DNA of 64,000 nucleotides from Bacteroidia bacterium (GTDB lineage Bacteria; Bacteroidota; Ignavibacteria; UBA10030): NCBI GenBank assembly GCA_022180565.1, contig BQML01000019.1, positions 19,381 to 83,380 of the forward strand, read 5' to 3'. Shown piece by piece: positions 62,192 to 64,000 of this stretch (position 1 is its first letter; each line of letters starts with the position of its first letter). The notes under the pieces were generated by a model. It saw only the letters and a program-made list of their open reading frames with translations, ran no database searches and was not told where the DNA came from. The position numbers and the translations under genes were made by a program.

Positions 62192-64000
62192 ATGAACCGA
62201 GTGCGATACATGGTTGCGACAATCGTCCTTTTCTGCGCGGTTGGCTTCGCCCAAGAACAGGTCGTTACTCCGGGCCCGAACCTCGTCCTCGACGGCATCC
62301 CCCCCATCCCGCAGGAGATTGCGGACGCTGTTGCGCGCTACACGGAATTCCGCAGTGCGGGCCTGCAAAGCTGGCACCCGACGGAGCGCAAGATGCTGAT
62401 CACCACGCGTTTCGGGGATGCAACCCAGATTCACCATGTCGCCATGCCGGGCGGGGCACGAACCCAACTGACGTTCTTCCGGGAGCGCGTCGGCGGCGCG
62501 TCCTTCCATCCGAAATCACCCTCCTATTTTGTTTTCAGCAAAGATGTCGGCGGCGGCGAGTGGTTTCAGAACTACCGATACGACATGGAAACGGGAGTTA
62601 TCACTCTGCTCACCGACGGCAAATCACGAAACAGCCTCGGAACCTGGTCACGCGACGGCAACTTCATGGTCTACACGTCCACCCGCAGAAACGGGAAAGA
62701 CGTCGATCTGTATGTCATCAATCCCGCCGAGCCATCGTCCGACCGCCTCCTTGCCGAGAACACAGGGGGTGGATGGTTTCCCGCGGACTGTTCGCCCGAC
62801 GGGAAGACGATTGCCGTCATCGAATACATTTCGATCAATGAGAGTTACGTTTGGTTCTTCGACAGCAAAACAGGGGCAAGAACGCTGATCACGCCAAAAG
62901 AGCCAGGCGTCCAGATTTCCTACGGAAGCGTTGAATTCAGCCGCGACGGCAAAGGGCTGTACATGACCACCGATAAGGACTCCGAATTCCGGCGGCTTGC
63001 ATACTATGACCTCGCCTCGAAGAATCTCACCTTTCTCACATCTCACATCTCGTGGGACGTCGATAACTTTGAACTGTCCCCGGACGGAAAGACCATTGCC
63101 TTTGTTGTCAATGAGGATGGAATAGGGAAGCTTCATCTGATGGACGCCGTAAGCCGAAAGGAATTGAATGTACCGGCTCTGCCCACAGGTCTTGTCTCCG
63201 GCCTCGAATGGCACCCCTCGGGCAAAGAGCTTGGGTTCAATCTGACCTCGACACAGTCCGCCACAGACGTTTACTCGCTCACCTTGTCCACCGGCAAGGT
63301 GGAACGCTGGACTTTCAGCGAAACGGGCGGACTCAATACTTCGCGTTTTCCCGACGCGGAGCTGATCAAGTGGAAATCATTCGACGATCGGATGATCTCC
63401 GGTTTCCTCTACAGGCCTCCCTCGACCTTCACCGGCAAACGACCCGTCATTGTGATCATTCATGGAGGTCCGGAAGGGCAGGCGCGACCGGGATTCCTGG
63501 GCAGGAATGCGTATTTCCTGAACGAGATGGGCATCGCTCTGATCATGCCCAATATCAGAGGTTCCTCAGGATTCGGCAAGACCTTCCTGAAGCTCGACAA
63601 CGGCTTCAAGCGTGAAGACTCGTACAAGGACCTTGCGGCTTTGCTGGATTGGATCAAGCAACAGCCGGATCTCGACGGCGATCGTATCATGGTAACGGGG
63701 GGGAGTTACGGAGGACACGCCACGCTTGCAGTGGCGACGCACTACAGCGATAAGATCCGTTGCGCTGTGGACGTCGTCGGAATGTCGAACCTCGTGACGT
63801 TCCTGGAACGGACGGAGAGTTACCGTCGGGACCTGCGAAGAGTTGAATACGGAGACGAACGGGACCCCGCGATGCGGAAGTATCTCGAAAGTATTGCGCC
63901 GATGAATCGTCTGGACAAGCTCACCAAGCCCCTCTTCGTCATTCAGGGCAAGAATGATCCCCGTGTTCCCGCGTTCGAATCCGAGCAGATCGTCGCCGCC
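62192..64000 (+). CDS. S9-family serine peptidase (prolyl oligopeptidase/acylaminoacyl-peptidase-like) with N-terminal beta-propeller; 3-prime end beyond window
   Basis: ATG 62192 with AAGGAG RBS; signal MNRVRYMVATIVLFCAVGFAQ; TolB-like propeller repeats; catalytic GGSYGG serine motif and following Asp region; ORF still open at 64000. Confidence 0.85.
   Translation, partial: MNRVRYMVATIVLFCAVGFAQEQVVTPGPNLVLDGIPPIPQEIADAVARYTEFRSAGLQSWHPTERKMLITTRFGDATQIHHVAMPGGARTQLTFFRERVGGASFHPKSPSYFVFSKDVGGGEWFQNYRYDMETGVITLLTDGKSRNSLGTWSRDGNFMVYTSTRRNGKDVDLYVINPAEPSSDRLLAENTGGGWFPADCSPDGKTIAVIEYISINESYVWFFDSKTGARTLITPKEPGVQISYGSVEFSRDGKGLYMTTDKDSEFRRLAYYDLASKNLTFLTSHISWDVDNFELSPDGKTIAFVVNEDGIGKLHLMDAVSRKELNVPALPTGLVSGLEWHPSGKELGFNLTSTQSATDVYSLTLSTGKVERWTFSETGGLNTSRFPDAELIKWKSFDDRMISGFLYRPPSTFTGKRPVIVIIHGGPEGQARPGFLGRNAYFLNEMGIALIMPNIRGSSGFGKTFLKLDNGFKREDSYKDLAALLDWIKQQPDLDGDRIMVTGGSYGGHATLAVATHYSDKIRCAVDVVGMSNLVTFLERTESYRRDLRRVEYGDERDPAMRKYLESIAPMNRLDKLTKPLFVIQGKNDPRVPAFESEQIVAA

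Overview
This 64 kb bacterial chromosomal window has moderately high GC (not computed; high-50s % by eye). Gene content (DUF4249 and DUF1573 proteins, a CarbopepD-type TonB-dependent receptor, rpoB of about 1260 aa and rpoC of about 1440 aa, no adk between secY and map) points to the FCB superphylum (Bacteroidota, Ignavibacteriota or Rhodothermota-like); this is an inference.

Positions 1-28,000, all on the minus strand, are one contiguous translation and transcription super-cluster. In operon order (descending coordinates) it runs rplK-rplA-rplJ-rplL, rpoB-rpoC, rpsL-rpsG-fusA-tuf, the S10 operon, the spc operon, then secY-map-infA-rpmJ. Upstream of it lie nusG-secE, tRNA-Trp and rpmG. Next comes a four-gene tRNA array (Thr-Tyr-Gly-Thr) whose duplicated leader spacers carry (CCTTTT)n microsatellites.

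Positions 29,000-40,200 hold glnE (minus strand) and a plus-strand beta-oxidation or paa-like block of three crotonases, a 3-hydroxyacyl-CoA dehydrogenase, a degenerate dehydrogenase paralog and a thiolase. That block is interrupted by a four-gene periplasmic thiol-redox-looking module (DUF4412, DUF1573, rhodanese, MauE/DoxX).

Positions 40,200-64,000 form an accessory-looking island rich in exported hydrolases: an M28 aminopeptidase, two tandem CocE/NonD S15 hydrolases, an amidohydrolase, a Tat-exported class-V PLP enzyme and an S9 peptidase. The island also holds an ATGA-coupled sodium:solute symporter and ClC channel pair, and an 839-aa PIG-L multidomain protein.

The most novel-looking locus is at 56,030-62,113. 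A long AT-rich divergent intergenic region is followed by a small gene for a Sec-exported peptide with 8 cysteines and a strong Shine-Dalgarno site. Directly downstream are a DUF4249 lipoprotein, a CarbopepD-type TonB-dependent receptor, a small membrane protein and a TlpA-like thiol:disulfide oxidoreductase lipoprotein with an unassigned N-terminal domain. All product calls are from reading the translated ORFs; no database search was run. The ORF track evidently counts TTG and GTG as starts, so several first-M positions are alternative start codons and true starts may lie downstream.
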